Source of the DNA: Eledone cirrhosa
Lineage: Eukaryota
DNA length: 64,000 nt
NCBI GenBank assembly: GCA_964016885.1
Contig: OZ024740.1
Coordinates: 412,920,001 to 412,984,000, forward strand
Direction of reading: 5' to 3'
Part shown: piece after piece, positions 14,976 to 29,807 of the stretch
Layout: every line of letters begins with the position of its first letter
Numbering within the stretch: position 1 is the first letter of the stretch
Made by a program: the position numbers and the translations under genes
The notes under the pieces: generated by a model
What the model saw: the letters and a program-made list of their open reading frames with translations, nothing else
What the model was told of the DNA's origin: nothing
The model's database searches: none

Positions 14976-15430
14976 TAAAAGCTGCACAAAATAGCGCCTC
15001 AAACTGCAACTGTCACCTCCCAGATAGGTGCCCATTGGCGAATAGATGTCTCGATTCGAGCCTGGTGTACATGTGCACTGTCATCTCGGGTAACTCCACC
15101 TGGAATTACATAGGATCCACCGCGGGTTCTTTTAAGAAAAGATGGTATGTGCACAGGCACTCAATGAAAAATCGAGCACTTATGGGTTCCACCACCCTCT
15201 CCAGAAAAATATAGGAATTGAAGGACAGCAACGCTAGCTACACTATCAACTGGTCGAAGTTGTCGGCTGCTAAAACCTATAGTACAGGGATGTCCTATTG
15301 CGGGCTGTGTGATCTTGAGCTATTGTATATCCTTAGAAATGTTAAAAGGCTACTTAATAATAAGTTAGAAAGATCTATCTTCTGCAGACATAGAATAGCC
15401 ACTAAATTCATAAGATTCAAACCACCGTGA
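14976..15430 (+). pseudogene. Inverted duplicate of the GIY-YIG domain with one stop codon
   Basis: Same peptide as the C-terminus of 13191-14975 except TGG>TAG near 15212 and one A>S change. Confidence 0.9.
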
Positions 15431-15756
15431 ATCGAACCAACATAACATAGCTTTAAATTAGGATACCTACTACCCACAGAAATATATTCATTAAGTATAC
15501 TATTTCCTTCACAAGTCTATACCACACAATTGTCTGTAAATACCTCATCTACCAACAATCTTACTCCTTCTCAGCTGCTGCAATCATTTGATCCTAGATC
15601 CTAGTTTCTCTCATTTCACTACTACAATGCTACTTTACCTTCTTTTTGCCATAACTACAATTAGCACGCTTTTCTCTTTGCATGTATGTATATTTTTGTA
15701 CGAGTGTATATTGATGTGTATGTATGTGTCTATGTACACATATGTGTATATATATT

Positions 15757-15854
<98 letters not shown>

Positions 15855-16210
15855 TAGATATATGCGTATATTAATTCGTTAACCTCTGTATTAACTCTAC
15901 AACTATTGAGCTTTGACAGTGGTCCCACTCATGTATACTGTTGAAGATGAAGAGAAAGACTGTAAAAACTAGCTTATCTTTATAATTTAAAATTGATACA
16001 CACTACGATACTTTTTGCCTTATGACAGCTGGTTTTCACGCCGTAACATTAGATACATTATATACCCCCCACCTAAGTAATGTCAGGGTCTCCTTAAATA
16101 GTTTATTGATAGCATTGTTGTAATAATTGTTGTTGTTATTGTTCTAATTGAATGCCATAACTACTCCATATTTTCTTTTCTTTTCTTGCCTGTGTATTTT
16201 CTTCATTCTC

Positions 16211-16325
16211 GCATGCTCCGAAGATCTGACTGGTTATAATTCTGTATTGGCGATCGAATGACGCAAAATTAGGCGGATAGCGATCTCTAGACAGACCAGT
16301 TCAGTGAAACAAATGTAAGCTATGT
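16211..16325 (+). ncRNA. Hammerhead ribozyme (CCGAAGA core, ~80-nt stem II domain)
   Basis: gcatgct-CCGAAGA-tctgactggt...accagttcagt-GAAA-CAAATG-TA^agctatgt. Confidence 0.78.
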
Positions 16326-16545
16326 GAATAAAAACTTTTTTGTATAGCAAACCATGTAAACCTTCTTTCCTGATTTATTATTACTCCAAGTGTTTACAAC
16401 ATAGGAATTACAGCATACCCGCAGCATCACTATGAAAACGCCTTGTTGAGTCAAACCAAGCCAAGCGTTAATATCATCCACTACCTGGAATACCATAACT
16501 GGACTTCACCTAAGTGGACTGCATTTAACTATTATTTGTTAATCC

Positions 16546-16612
<67 letters not shown>

Positions 16613-16613
16613 T

Positions 16614-16757
16614 AAGGAAGTGTAGTAAGAAACCGGGTGGAACATACTGCACCAGAGTGGATAATAGGAAAAGAGTCAGGACTCCGACGGCAGAGCTCAA
16701 GCCATTTCGACAGGTATTTCTGGACTGTCCAGAAATACCTGTCGAAACGGCTTGAGC
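16614..16757. mobile_element. Short fold-back element carrying an HHR 3' half
   Basis: GCTCAAGCCATTTCGACAGGTATTTCTGGA-ctg-TCCAGAAATACCTGTCGAAACGGCTTGAGC. Related to 27492-27682, 28871-28995, 37040-37083 and 50597-50713. Confidence 0.7.
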
Positions 16758-17480
16758 AAATATAAATAGAAACTCAGGTATACACTCGATCAATGTTTGA
16801 TCACACCAGTTTACTGTACATACTTTGAATTAAAATTGGTCCTAACTTCTATGAATAAATGTTATTAAATTGAAAGATACTAATTTCACTCTTATAATGT
16901 TTATTCGAGTCAAAATACGAATATTAAATATACTATTCAAACTAACCACTATATAACAAATTGTCTTGCACGTCTAGCCTTCCATAATTTTTAAAGCGTT
17001 TCCTGCTACATGCAAAATCTGTTTACGTTTTAACAATTTAATGTCTGGAGCCAGTAAAACATTCGGTTGGTAAATAAATATCCTTCTTTCATTGTCTAGT
17101 GCTTCTGGCGATTTCTATACAGTTGAATAAAATGTCAAGTCCTTCTGTATTTCAAAGAAATATATGTAAATCAATTAAATAATGTATTAAACCTGTTTTT
17201 CTATTTATTCATTTGATATATGCCCCGTGATTTTGTAACCCTGTACTGTCTTTTGCCGATCTTGCTGTGTATAATAAATTCATGTAATAGTTTTGAATAT
17301 CTTACGGCCTGATACAAATGTGTTACCAAATCATTTAATCTAACTCATGATTATATATATACTCTGCAAACTACAGACATCTTAAACCTGGAGCACAATC
17401 CAACGACAGACGGACACCATAACAGTGTCAAGGGATTCCACCTTGTCACCACCCGTTAGTAACCACAAGTTACTCGCATA

Positions 17481-17660
17481 ATTGTTTCTACTTTTGGCGC
17501 ACGACCAGAAATTATTCCAGTGTATTACTGGTACTTTATTTTATCGACCCCGTAAGGATGAAGGGCAAAGTTAACCTCGATGGGATTTGAACTCAGATCG
17601 TAAAGGGACGTAACTATGCTGGAAAGCATGGCGTCCGACCCTCTACCGATACTGCCAATT
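17481..17660 (-). mobile_element. tRNA-derived SINE
   Basis: Same A/B boxes and central domain as 7821-8008; imperfect TSD CTC(G/A)CATAAT. Confidence 0.9.
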
Positions 17661-18229
17661 TATCTCACATAATAACTTATATATAGGGGTAGGGGTATGT
17701 GTCTGTACGTGGGCGCGTGTGTGTGTATGTGGCTTTGTGTCTTCTGTGTAACTATTTATTTGTTGGATGCAGGTATAAGTAATTATGAATTTTATCCAAA
17801 ATGGAAATCACTGATTACTATAAAACTTTAACTGTACGGTTTGAAAGTATACGCCAACTACTTCATAGTAAGTTTAAATACAGTTTTGTCGCCTTCTACT
17901 GGCTGGTAAATATGAAGATTATTTCTCTTCTCATGAAAGAACAAGCTAGTTTAAATGGCGGTTATCCGAACAAGTATAATTTGGATAGAATATTCTTCAT
18001 TCTATGCTCAGTGTGATATTTGTCGGTTAGAGGATTATAACACCGCATGGAATCTGGTACTCAAAGAATTAGGTACAATATGAAATTTGAAATTTGAATC
18101 GGAAGAGGTTAATCTACATATTCCCTCTATCTATATTATTCGAAGTATTTCCAACTGCGAAGCCGTTAAAATAGTTATTGATTTATTTCGGCTAGCTTTA
18201 ACGCCAGTAGATTTTAGGATAGGATTAAA

Positions 18230-18385
18230 TCTGATTATTTCAACACCGGTACGTAGCCGGTAGTTTATTTTATCAACGATAAAAGGAAAAATTGCCCGTG
18301 GTGTGACTAGATCTCAGTAAGTAGAAAGTTCGAACAAATATAGCAATGGTATTTTATCCACCGCTCTACCAATTCTGCCAAACCT
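18230..18385 (-). mobile_element. Old, diverged SINE copy
   Basis: GGTAGTTTATTTTATCAAC...CTCTACCAATTCTGCCAA resembles the SINE consensus. Confidence 0.55.
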
Positions 18386-18489
18386 GTACCATAAAATGGT
18401 TGTACATTGAAATACATTCACAGAATGGTTAAGAAAAGAAACCTTAATTCGATTTTTGTACTACTATGTTAAAATATGTGTCCTTGGAT

Positions 18490-18550
18490 GTGAATAGGTA
18501 AATATATCGTGAATAGGTAAATATATCGTGAATAGGTAAATATATCGTGA
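18490..18550. repeat. 19-bp tandem repeat x3
   Basis: GTGAATAGGTAAATATATC repeated. Confidence 0.9.
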
Positions 18551-19699
18551 TTATGAGAGTTTAATATGTCGCATATTTTTAATATCCCTTTAGGCAGACC
18601 CTAGCTGCGTAGATCTGAGACATTCTAGTTGTGTCATTTTCTAATTAACTTTGTTATTGCATGCGTACTAATAACATATCCAATTAGTACCTCGCTATTC
18701 AAAATAGTATGATTAAATTTTAAAGGTTATTTTCCTACTATTTTAGTACATCAATCGGGCATGTCGATACTTTCTCGCTTCATCTCAATTGATATCGAAT
18801 TTGTATAATGTTCACAGTAATGCTGTAGGAATCCTTAATTCTAATCAGCTAAACTTGCCTTTGCTCAATTCGTATATGTTCCCATTTTTATTTCTTTGAT
18901 CATCAATAGATTTGGTAACGTTTAGTGTAATTATGTGTATGTAGTGTAATTCTTTATATATATGTATATAAAGAAGATTGTTATTTCAGTTCAGAAATTC
19001 AACATGCTTATTAGATTAATCAGTATATTCACGTAAGTTTAATTCTGTGGTCTGATTCACTGTTGAAATAAGTCTTTTTTTATTTTAGATCAATTTGAAT
19101 GAATCCTATCTAATTTTCCAAAGGTTTAATTTATATCTGCGTGGGATTTCCTGTAGTTAAATCCGTTTAATTTGTTTCTTATCAAATTAATTATTTCTAT
19201 TTACGCAACGGTCATTTTTCATCAAGACTCTGTATGACTTTTCATGTGTAATTCTTGAGAATTACATTCAATGCGATCCATGAGATATTGACGAGGGGGT
19301 CTTGAATGAATATCGATGTTTTTTTTTTCTCTTTCCAAACTTTATACGTTGAGCGAGAGCAGTATCTTTACAGAATATAGAAAATGGAATTTACAAAATT
19401 ATTATAAAGAATTGCTCCATTACATACACACAAGCAGCGTGTAGATATATATAGATATATATATTTATGTGCGTGTGTGAGAGTGTGTGTGTATTTATAT
19501 GTGTATACATAAATACCGACATATGTGTGTGTTTATATGTATGTGTGTTAGTTTGATTAAGGAAGACATAAAACCAATTCGGCATTCAAAGAGATAATGT
19601 AATTCGAAAGTCGTGTTGACACAAGTGACGCAATGTGACTGCTACATTGTATCTGGCGGGTTCGCAGAGTATAAATAGTAAATGAGAGTAAAAGAGAGG

Positions 19700-19746
<47 letters not shown>

Positions 19747-20159
19747 GTTTATACTGTTGATATTCAGTGCACGTTCTTCAATCGGGGTCTTGATCAAAAC
19801 CATATTCAACTACACGGTGATCAAGCAACGATAAGATTCCCCTACAGTACTAATGCTTCTCCTGGAATGGCCCTCACAAAAATATGAATATTAGAATTAA
19901 ATAATTTAAGGTATGAATAGTCAAATATATATATGGAGAGAAAAAATAGATAGATAGATAGATATAGATATAGATCTAAGTATAAAGAAAGTGCCAATGA
20001 GCAGAAGATAAAGATAGCTTATAAAGTAGGGTGAAAACCCTTAGAAAACGGGAAAAGTAGTTGCCGTCGGCTGATATAAGCAATTGAACCCCATATCTTC
20101 CAGATACCGGCTAAACTCTTTCAAAATTCTGCTAAGTAGTCATGACAAATGTATATATA

Positions 20160-21610
20160 TATATATTATATTATATTTAGAGTTTAAACTCAAACAGTCA
20201 TTTACAATTAATTAGGTCAAAGAAAGAAGCATCTCTGAGCCGTGAAATACAAGTTAATATAAATTAATATATGATAAACACGTAAGTGTTTGCATTGTAA
20301 AAGACGAAGTTAGCTAGAATGAAATAAACTAATTCAAATAAATATAGTTTGCCTGTATCGATTTAAAATAATAAATCAATAGACACAAACTCATATTGGC
20401 AACTAGCCGTGGTACCTGGACAAATTTAAATTTCAAAATTCAAACCTTTTCCGCAGATCAATCTGAACTTCAAAATCCAAACAAGTTTCGCAAACGATAG
20501 TATAAAAAGTGAAATAAACAATTTTCTGTGCTTTTCAACAGGTACCCAGAAAAATTAGGTTACTTCACCTCGAAAAAATTACGGCTCCTTCGGTAGAGCT
20601 AATTTTTAATCCCATATAAACGGCTGTTATTTCTAGCACAATGAATATGAGATAGCTAGTGAGCTGGACAAACCGAGTGCAAAACCTCGTGCGTTTTGTG
20701 CTCGTGAACCAGACCTTCAACATTTTTTCGAGGTGAAGTAACCTAATTTTTCTGGGTACCTGTTGAAAAGCACAGAAAATTGTTATTTCACTTTTTATAC
20801 TATCGTTTGCGAAACTTGTTTAGATTTGAAGTTCAGATTGATCTGCGGAAAAGGTTTGGATTTTGAAATTGAAATTTGTCCAGGTACCACGACTATTTGC
20901 CAATATGAGTTTGTGTCTATTGATTTATTATTTTAAATCGATACAGGCAAACTATATTTATTTGAATTAGTTTATTTCATTCTAGCTAACTTCGTCTTTT
21001 ACAATGCAAACACTTACGTGTTTATCATATATTAATTTTTATTAACTTGTATTTCACGGCTCAGAAATGCTTCTTTCTTTGAGCTAATTAATTGTAAATG
21101 ACTGTTTGAGTTTAAACTCTAAATATAATATAATATTACGGCTCCTTCGGTAGAGCTAATTTTTAATCCCATATAAACGGCTGTTATTTCTAGCGCCATG
21201 AATATGAGATAGCTAGTGAGCTGGAAAAACCGAGTGCAAAACCTCATGCGTTTTGTGCTCGTGAACCAGACCTTCAACATTTTTTTCGAGGTGAAGTAAC
21301 CTAATTTTTCTGGGTACCTGTTGAAAAGCACAGAAAATTGATTATTTCACTTTTTATACTATCGTTTGCGAAACTTGTTTGGATTTTGAAGTTCAGATTG
21401 ATCTGCGGAAAAGGTTTGGATTTTGAAATTTAAATTTGTTCAGGTACCACGGCTATTTGCCAATACGAATTTGGGTCTATTGATTTATTATTTTAAATCG
21501 ATACAGGCAAACTATATTTATTTGAATTAGTTTATTTCATTCTAGCTAACTTCGTCTTTTACAATGCAAACACTTACGCGTTTATCATATATTCATTTAT
21601 ATTAACTTGT
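20160..21610. mobile_element. ~557-bp unit in partial tandem (starts 20579 and 21136) preceded by an inverted partial copy (20160-20580)
   Basis: TTACGGCTCCTTCGGTAGAGCT occurs at 20579 and 21136. 20160-20580 is the reverse complement of about 20720-21135. Diverged relative at about 27975-28300. Confidence 0.85.
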
Positions 21611-21664
21611 ATATATATATATTTATATATGTGTGTGTTTGTGTATGTATGTGTGTGTGTGTGT

Positions 21665-21864
21665 NNNNNNNNNNNNNNNNNNNNNNNNNNNNNNNNNNNN
21701 NNNNNNNNNNNNNNNNNNNNNNNNNNNNNNNNNNNNNNNNNNNNNNNNNNNNNNNNNNNNNNNNNNNNNNNNNNNNNNNNNNNNNNNNNNNNNNNNNNNN
21801 NNNNNNNNNNNNNNNNNNNNNNNNNNNNNNNNNNNNNNNNNNNNNNNNNNNNNNNNNNNNNNNN
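21665..21864. other. Assembly gap (200 N)
   Basis: Run of n. Confidence 1.
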
Positions 21865-21883
21865 AACTATATTTATAAAACCA

Positions 21884-21959
21884 TATTTATTTTATTATAC
21901 ATATTTCAAGGGCCACCAAAGCAAATTATGGTTGCGCTTTCATCAGATACAATACAATA
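21884..21959 (-). ncRNA. Type I hammerhead ribozyme
   Basis: Reverse complement: tattgtat-CTGATGA-aagcgcaacca...tggtggccctt-GAAA-TATGTA-TA^ataaaata. Confidence 0.8.
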
Positions 21960-22839
21960 CAGATTAGTTTTATAAATAAATATTGACATTCCCTGAAAAA
22001 TGCCAACCTTAACGGTTGGAGCTTCCTGGATAGTGGAGATATTACATTTATTGAGGGTCATATAAAGTTATGATTGAGTATGCAAATGAGTGTCCGAAAG
22101 GTTGAAAAGATAACGGTTTATTTAAATTAAACTGTTGGAAGAAGGTGATATTGTGAGGGAGAGAGGTAAAAAAGAAAGAAAGAGAAAAAGAAGGAATGAT
22201 TATATATATTTTTGACAGTGAAAAAGGTTGAAGAGAGGAGGGCGTTCATTATATTTTTAAATGAGAGAAAATATTAGTTATAAAGGACAAATACAGCGTA
22301 AGTATGTTTACGTGAGAGGAAAAGAAGAAGAACGAAGAAATGAGGGTAGCGTGGAGGAATAATAAAGCAGGATTCGTTATGTTTTGATTATACTATTTAT
22401 GATGATAGGTTGAAAAAATTTGATTAAAGGTTTAATTAATAAATTAGATTAAAGGTTTAATTAATAATTTAATAATTAGTTTAAATGTGTATGTTAAGGA
22501 TTATAAATTATTAAAAAAATATATATTATATATTATTAAAATTTGTAAGTCAAAAATTTAAAATATATATATATATATGTATTGTTGTTTATTACATAAT
22601 TAAATAGGTATGTAGCATACATAGAACACTCTCCTTTCCTTTACCCTTCCTACTGAAATATTTTATATATATATATATATATAATATATATGTAGGAGGG
22701 TGAGTTTTATTGTAGTACAATAAAGCAATGCAGATATCGGATAAGTAGCACTCTACAGTTTGTAGGACTGGAGTATAAATATGTTGATTTAAAACTGTAC
22801 TATTCACAAGTGTTTTTTAACCTTCATATCATGTCTCCC

Positions 22840-22910
22840 TATTTCATCTGACGAAAACGCAAATGTCATCGCATGATGATATTTGTATTTGAAATGCGCA
22901 CAATAAAATA
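22840..22910 (+). ncRNA. Hammerhead ribozyme, cleavage U mutated to C
   Basis: tatttcat-CTGACGA-aaacgcaaatgtcatc/gcat/gatgatatttgtattt-GAAA-TGCGCA-CA-ataaaata. Confidence 0.75.
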
Positions 22911-23076
22911 CATGGAACTCTTTTAACCATCTTTTGATCTTATATATATATATACATGCATATATAGGTAATATAACGGGCAGTTACTGTAGGTTCACCA
23001 GAGTGAGCACTCCATGCGTAGTTTCTAGTCAGCATAGAGGGGAAAAACAAAGCAGAGTTTAATTATAATAATAGTA

Positions 23077-23263
23077 ATGGTTCTACTTTTGGCACAAGGC
23101 CAGCAATTATATCAGTACATTACTGGTACTTTATTTTATCGACCCGGTGAGGATGAAAGACAAAGTTAACCTCGGCGGGATTTGAACTCAGAATGGCAAG
23201 GGCCGTAACTCTATGCGTCACAGCAGGGCGTCCAACCCTCTACCGATACTCCCAGTCCACCGC
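23077..23263 (-). mobile_element. tRNA-derived SINE
   Basis: Full-length match to the SINE at 7821. Confidence 0.9.
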
Positions 23264-23274
23264 CATATAATACT

Positions 23275-23550
23275 AAGGACGATTTATTATGTCTTCATTA
23301 CGTTTATTGAGCAGTGACGCGCGTTTCGCTAATGATCAGCTCAATGTTCGATCCGTATCGATCTGTCCGATACTGAAATCAAAACCTCATGGGACTCTGC
23401 TGTGGTAATGTTATTACCACAGCAGAGGTCCGACGAGCTTTTGTTTCCAGAACCGGGTAGATCGATACAGATCGAACCTTGAATTGATCAATAGCGAAAT
23501 GCGCGTCACTACACAATAAATGTATTGAAGACATAACAAATTGTCTTTTA
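23275..23550. mobile_element. Diverged fold-back with an HHR in each arm (23310-23401 -, 23421-23513 +)
   Basis: Axis CTGCTGTGGTAAT-gtt-ATTACCACAGCAG. Right arm: ggt-CCGACGA-gcttttg...caatagc-GAAA-TGCGCG-TC^act. Left arm has CGCGCG. Confidence 0.8.
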
Positions 23551-24309
23551 TATATATATATTTACATCTGCCATTGAACCACATTGGCATATGGTTGGAC
23601 AATACATGTGTCCCTTAGCGCCTTGTGCGTGTAGGAACACATATCCTATTATTACTAAACTCCTCTATGTTGAGAAACATTTGGTCGTTCTGACTGCTGC
23701 TAGTTATAGCAGTAGCCATCTGACCTCTCTGCCTCTGCATTTATCTTTACACCCGGCCCTTGAAAAAATTGATTCCACTTCATTTACTCTCATCTCGGGA
23801 ACAATTTTGAATAGCGCCAGTTCGTAATTTGAATTCGAGAATTTTATATTCTCCGAATGAAAAGATCCTTCTGACGAGATTCTTTCTTTGCAATGAAGGC
23901 CGTATGGACTCCGTTTATTTTTGAGAATCGAAACCGACTCGGTAAAGGTAACCATAGTAAGTAGAGTTAATTTTATAATTTATTTTGAAACTTTATCTTA
24001 TTTGCTAAACCTTGATTATATATATGTATATATATATATATATATACACACACATATACCTATGAATATATGTATATGTGTGTGTATTATTATACACACA
24101 CACACAAACACATACAACAAAATAAGAGAAAAAAAATACCCATTCCAGAAGTTCCTGTTTGAGAACCACTACTGAAACTCTGCTCTGGCTTTTATTTAAT
24201 TTTGAAAGAACTTTTTCAGTTTGAAGAAATTTTTTAGATTTTTAAGAAAATATTTTTAATTTCCCACCAGAAAGGGACCTGTGACAAACAGGCTGAAAAC
24301 ACACACACA

Positions 24310-24344
<35 letters not shown>

Positions 24345-24748
24345 CACACGCACACGTGTGTGTATTATTATATTTACACCCTCATACTATACACACACTC
24401 CTTAAAACCATATTCCAATAATAGAATTTCTTTTACAACCCTACTGCTGCCATAGAATTTGTCTCTTGACTAGTCAACTAACGCAATCAGATATACACAC
24501 ACATATTTACAGAATATTTCCTACCCCCACAAAAACAATTTTGTTCTGTGAAGAAACACAATTACCAACACTACTGCTACTATCATAACTACACAAGAAT
24601 TCATTCTGTAGTCCACCTCTGAGCAAGGAAGATAGGAAAAAAAACTTACTCCAAAACTTAATTTTAAATCTTTAATTTCTAGTTTTTAATTCCTATTAAA
24701 TCTTTTTAATTGAAATACTCAACATTTGATAAGATGAATTGTAATAAT

Positions 24749-24904
24749 TGTTTCTACTTTAGGCACAAGGCCAGCAATTAACCAGTGTATTACTGGTACT
24801 TTATTTTATCGACCCCGGGATTTGAACTCAGATCGTAAAGGGACGTAACTGTGCTGGAAAGCATGGCGTTGAACCCTCTACTGATACTGCCAATCCACTG
24901 CCCT
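24749..24904 (-). mobile_element. tRNA-derived SINE, internally deleted, 15-bp TSD
   Basis: TSD ATGAATT(G/T)TAATAAT at 24734-24748 and 24905-24919. Confidence 0.9.
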
Positions 24905-25111
24905 ATGAATTTTAATAATACATCGAAAACGGTAATACTTTTTATACACTTTATATACTTTATAAACATTATAAAATTTTTTTTAAGATAATTGTCCTCT
25001 CATTTTTTGAATAGTTTCATCTCTTCAATAATGTCACTCTGACCAATCAAAGAAAGGTAAAAAAAAAAGAAAAACAGACCCTAAAATATATTTTCAGCCC
25101 CCCACCCCACC

Positions 25112-25241
<130 letters not shown>

Positions 25242-25262
25242 CGGATATATATATATATAGGG

Positions 25263-25351
<89 letters not shown>

Positions 25352-25352
<1 letters not shown>

Positions 25353-26430
25353 GGGGTGATAAAATTCCCGAGAGTTCTCTCCAGCGGTCTCTGTCCCTCA
25401 TTATTGCTGCCATTTCCTGCGTCTCCAACAGACCAGTGTCTGTCCTTAGGGCATCAACATACGTTAACCTTGGTCTTCCTCTTCCAGTGTGTCCATGTAG
25501 GGGCTCCCACAGGAGCACTGAGTGCAATGTCAACTCTGGATGTCGGTGAGCATGTCCAGCTAACCTCAGCCTCCTCTGCGTCACTTTTGAGCTGACTTTT
25601 GGGAGGCTCCCATACAGCTCTGAATTTTTCATGCTCAGTGTTTACTGATAAATGTTCAGAGCCATCCTCAGCATTCTCGTGTAGCACCCATACACCATTT
25701 GAGTGAGTTACTTGGTCAGTGTCCAAGTCTCAGACCCGTACAGCAGCACAGAGTCCACTACAGCAATGAAGAGGTCGATTTTCAGGTCTCTACGAAGGTC
25801 CGACTTCCACACCGATCTCAAGCTGTGGATGCATCCCAGGCTTTGCTCTTCCTCTCAACCATATTATCTTCCGTATTCCCAATCTTTGCTCCCAAATACA
25901 GGAAGTCCTCAACCAATTCTAGCGGCTTCCCGCCTACATTAGTGATCCCCTGTCTTCTCAACATTCTCTACCAGATATTTTGTTTTAGTCTTATTCATTC
26001 TCAGCTCCACACTCATCGACACAAACTCGACCTCCCGCATCAAATTCTCTGCCTCCTTCACTGTATTTGTCACCGAAACTATGTCGTCGGCAAATTCAGC
26101 ATCCGATATCTTGTTCGCCTTAACTCTCCTGCTCTGAGCCGGTGCTACAGTAAAGCCAGAGTCCTGGTGTTTCTCCAGTGCAAGGCGCATTCAATATTCC
26201 ACTCCGATGCTGAAAAGGTAGGGAGCCAATGTATCTCCCTGGAGCACTCCAGCCAGTATCACAAAGAACTCTGTCATCCCATCAGGTTTAATGACTAGGG
26301 CTTTGGTGTTGGTGTAGAGCAGTGATATCAGGTCCACTATCTTCTTGGGGATTCCATAAGCCTGTAAGAGCTTCCTTAGGTAGTGACGGTCCACAGAATC
26401 AAAGGCCTTCCTAAAGTCAATGAAAACCAT
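25352..26430 (-). pseudogene. 5'-truncated RTE/RTEX-like LINE reverse transcriptase and 3' end
   Basis: [57 protein letters not shown]. Ends in (TA)n. Confidence 0.9.
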
Positions 26431-26499
26431 GACCGCAATGAAAACCATGACCAATTCTCAGCTAAGTTCCCGGGCAATGCGCGGACACTAGGAACCCAT

Positions 26500-27955
<1,456 letters not shown>

Positions 27956-28346
27956 TATATATATATATATCATAGATTGAGTTAGAAACTCAAAATAGTC
28001 TTATACAATTAAATAGGTCATGGAAGGGAATATTTCCGAGCCGTGTAATACAATTGAATATATCAGAGGGATGAGCACCGATACAAGTATATATGTGTTA
28101 GAATTGCGAATAAACAAGTTAGCTATGTTGAAAAAATGCTAATTTAAAACAATATGGTTTGCCTGTCTCGATTTAAATTAATAAGTCAATAACAATAACA
28201 AACCTATATCCGTTTCGCAAGAATTATTAAGTGAAAGCCACCATTCCTGTGCTCTCCTTCAGGTATCCAGAAAATGTGTACATTTCACTTCAAAAGATCT
28301 AAGAAGACTGAAATATATGTTCATATAAAAGTACATGTTGCAGCGC

Positions 28347-28436
<90 letters not shown>

Positions 28437-28607
28437 GGCTTCTACAGGACGAGAACTGTTTGATTTGAAGAAAATCATCAGGGCTTTCCTTCGAATGAAA
28501 CAGTTCTAATCCGATAGAAGCCATTTCTATATTAAATATATTTACTCTGCTATGTATTGAGTACCTTACTTACTGTGGTTACCCCCGATTGAACCCGGGA
28601 TACACAC

Positions 28608-28738
<131 letters not shown>

Positions 28739-28820
28739 AAGATTGCTCGGATGCATCCATAGGAGGTATGCCAGTTATGCACTCTATGTTCCTTTGGAGC
28801 AGAGTATAATATTTGTTTCC

Positions 28821-28870
<50 letters not shown>

Positions 28871-28872
<2 letters not shown>

Positions 28873-28995
28873 GGAACAAGTAAGACCCCGACGGCTGAGC
28901 TCAAGCTCTTTCGACGGCTAATTCTACTACCCTAAGTATTGAGTACTTTGGTGCGTTATGGTCCACCTGGTTCCTTACCACTTTTCCTTCGTTAT
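28871..28995. mobile_element. Rearranged copy of the 27492 family (two parts in opposite orientation)
   Basis: 28871-28925 matches 27572-27625; 28925-28995 is the reverse complement of 27492-27563. Confidence 0.8.
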
Positions 28996-28996
28996 T

Positions 28997-29035
<39 letters not shown>

Positions 29036-29069
29036 TGAGAAAGAGAAAATAAAGAAAAGCGAGTATAAG

Positions 29070-29120
<51 letters not shown>

Positions 29121-29153
29121 TGAGAAAGAGAAAATAAAGAAAAGCGAGTATAA

Positions 29154-29202
<49 letters not shown>

Positions 29203-29807
29203 TATATATATAGTACATTCATATATATAAATATATATGTGATATTACATTCATTGTTATAGTCCACAGAAAAGGTGCTTGATACTTTTCTTTTCGTCAA
29301 ATCAATGACTGGTTCATTTTTGGCATGAAATAACACATCCTCAGATTTACTTTCCCAACCATTTTCAGAATATTTTCAAATGAACAGATGGTTTTGACAT
29401 TAATAATTATTTTAATCTGTCGATATTTTGAGTGCATAAATATAAACAAAAATTTGAAATAACATATGTATGTGTATAAGACTGTGTGGTTTCCTGTGTG
29501 TCCGTGAGAGGAAGAGAGAGTTAAAACATCATTCAGGCTATTTAGATTGGTAAACTAACAATGAGATCTCCTATATTATTATTTGATCCAAACCCAGAAG
29601 AGTTTAAGCCAATAAAACGGGTGTGGACATTTTATTGTCATTACGAAGATTGGAATACTTTTTCCCCGTGAACTTATTGTGAATGCAAGAATCTATTTTT
29701 TTTATACACTATCTGGAAAACATCCCCCTCTCAGTTATTCCCACCTCTACAATTATTTGAAGCACGTAGACAGCATATAAATTCTCAACGTTTCATGTTA
29801 TAAATAT

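Larger units (their letters stand above)
12282..16546 (-). mobile_element. Naiad-type PLE: 5'-truncated body followed by an inverted copy of its own 3' end (about 1.4-kb arms)
   Basis: 12282-13645 is the near-perfect reverse complement of 14976-16378; spacer 13646-14975. Both ends lie in (TA)n. Confidence 0.93.

Noticed and set aside
14976-15035. Apparent start of the 614-aa ORF
   Set aside because: Lies in the inverted arm; the real N-terminus is missing.
12282-16546. All palindromes as amplification or assembly chimeras
   Set aside because: Arms carry independent substitutions and indels, some are strongly diverged, and they coincide with element boundaries. Not excluded for the near-identical cases without reads.
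23580-23960. 83-aa ORF resembling a LINE ORF1 fragment
   Set aside because: No diagnostic motif recognisable by eye.
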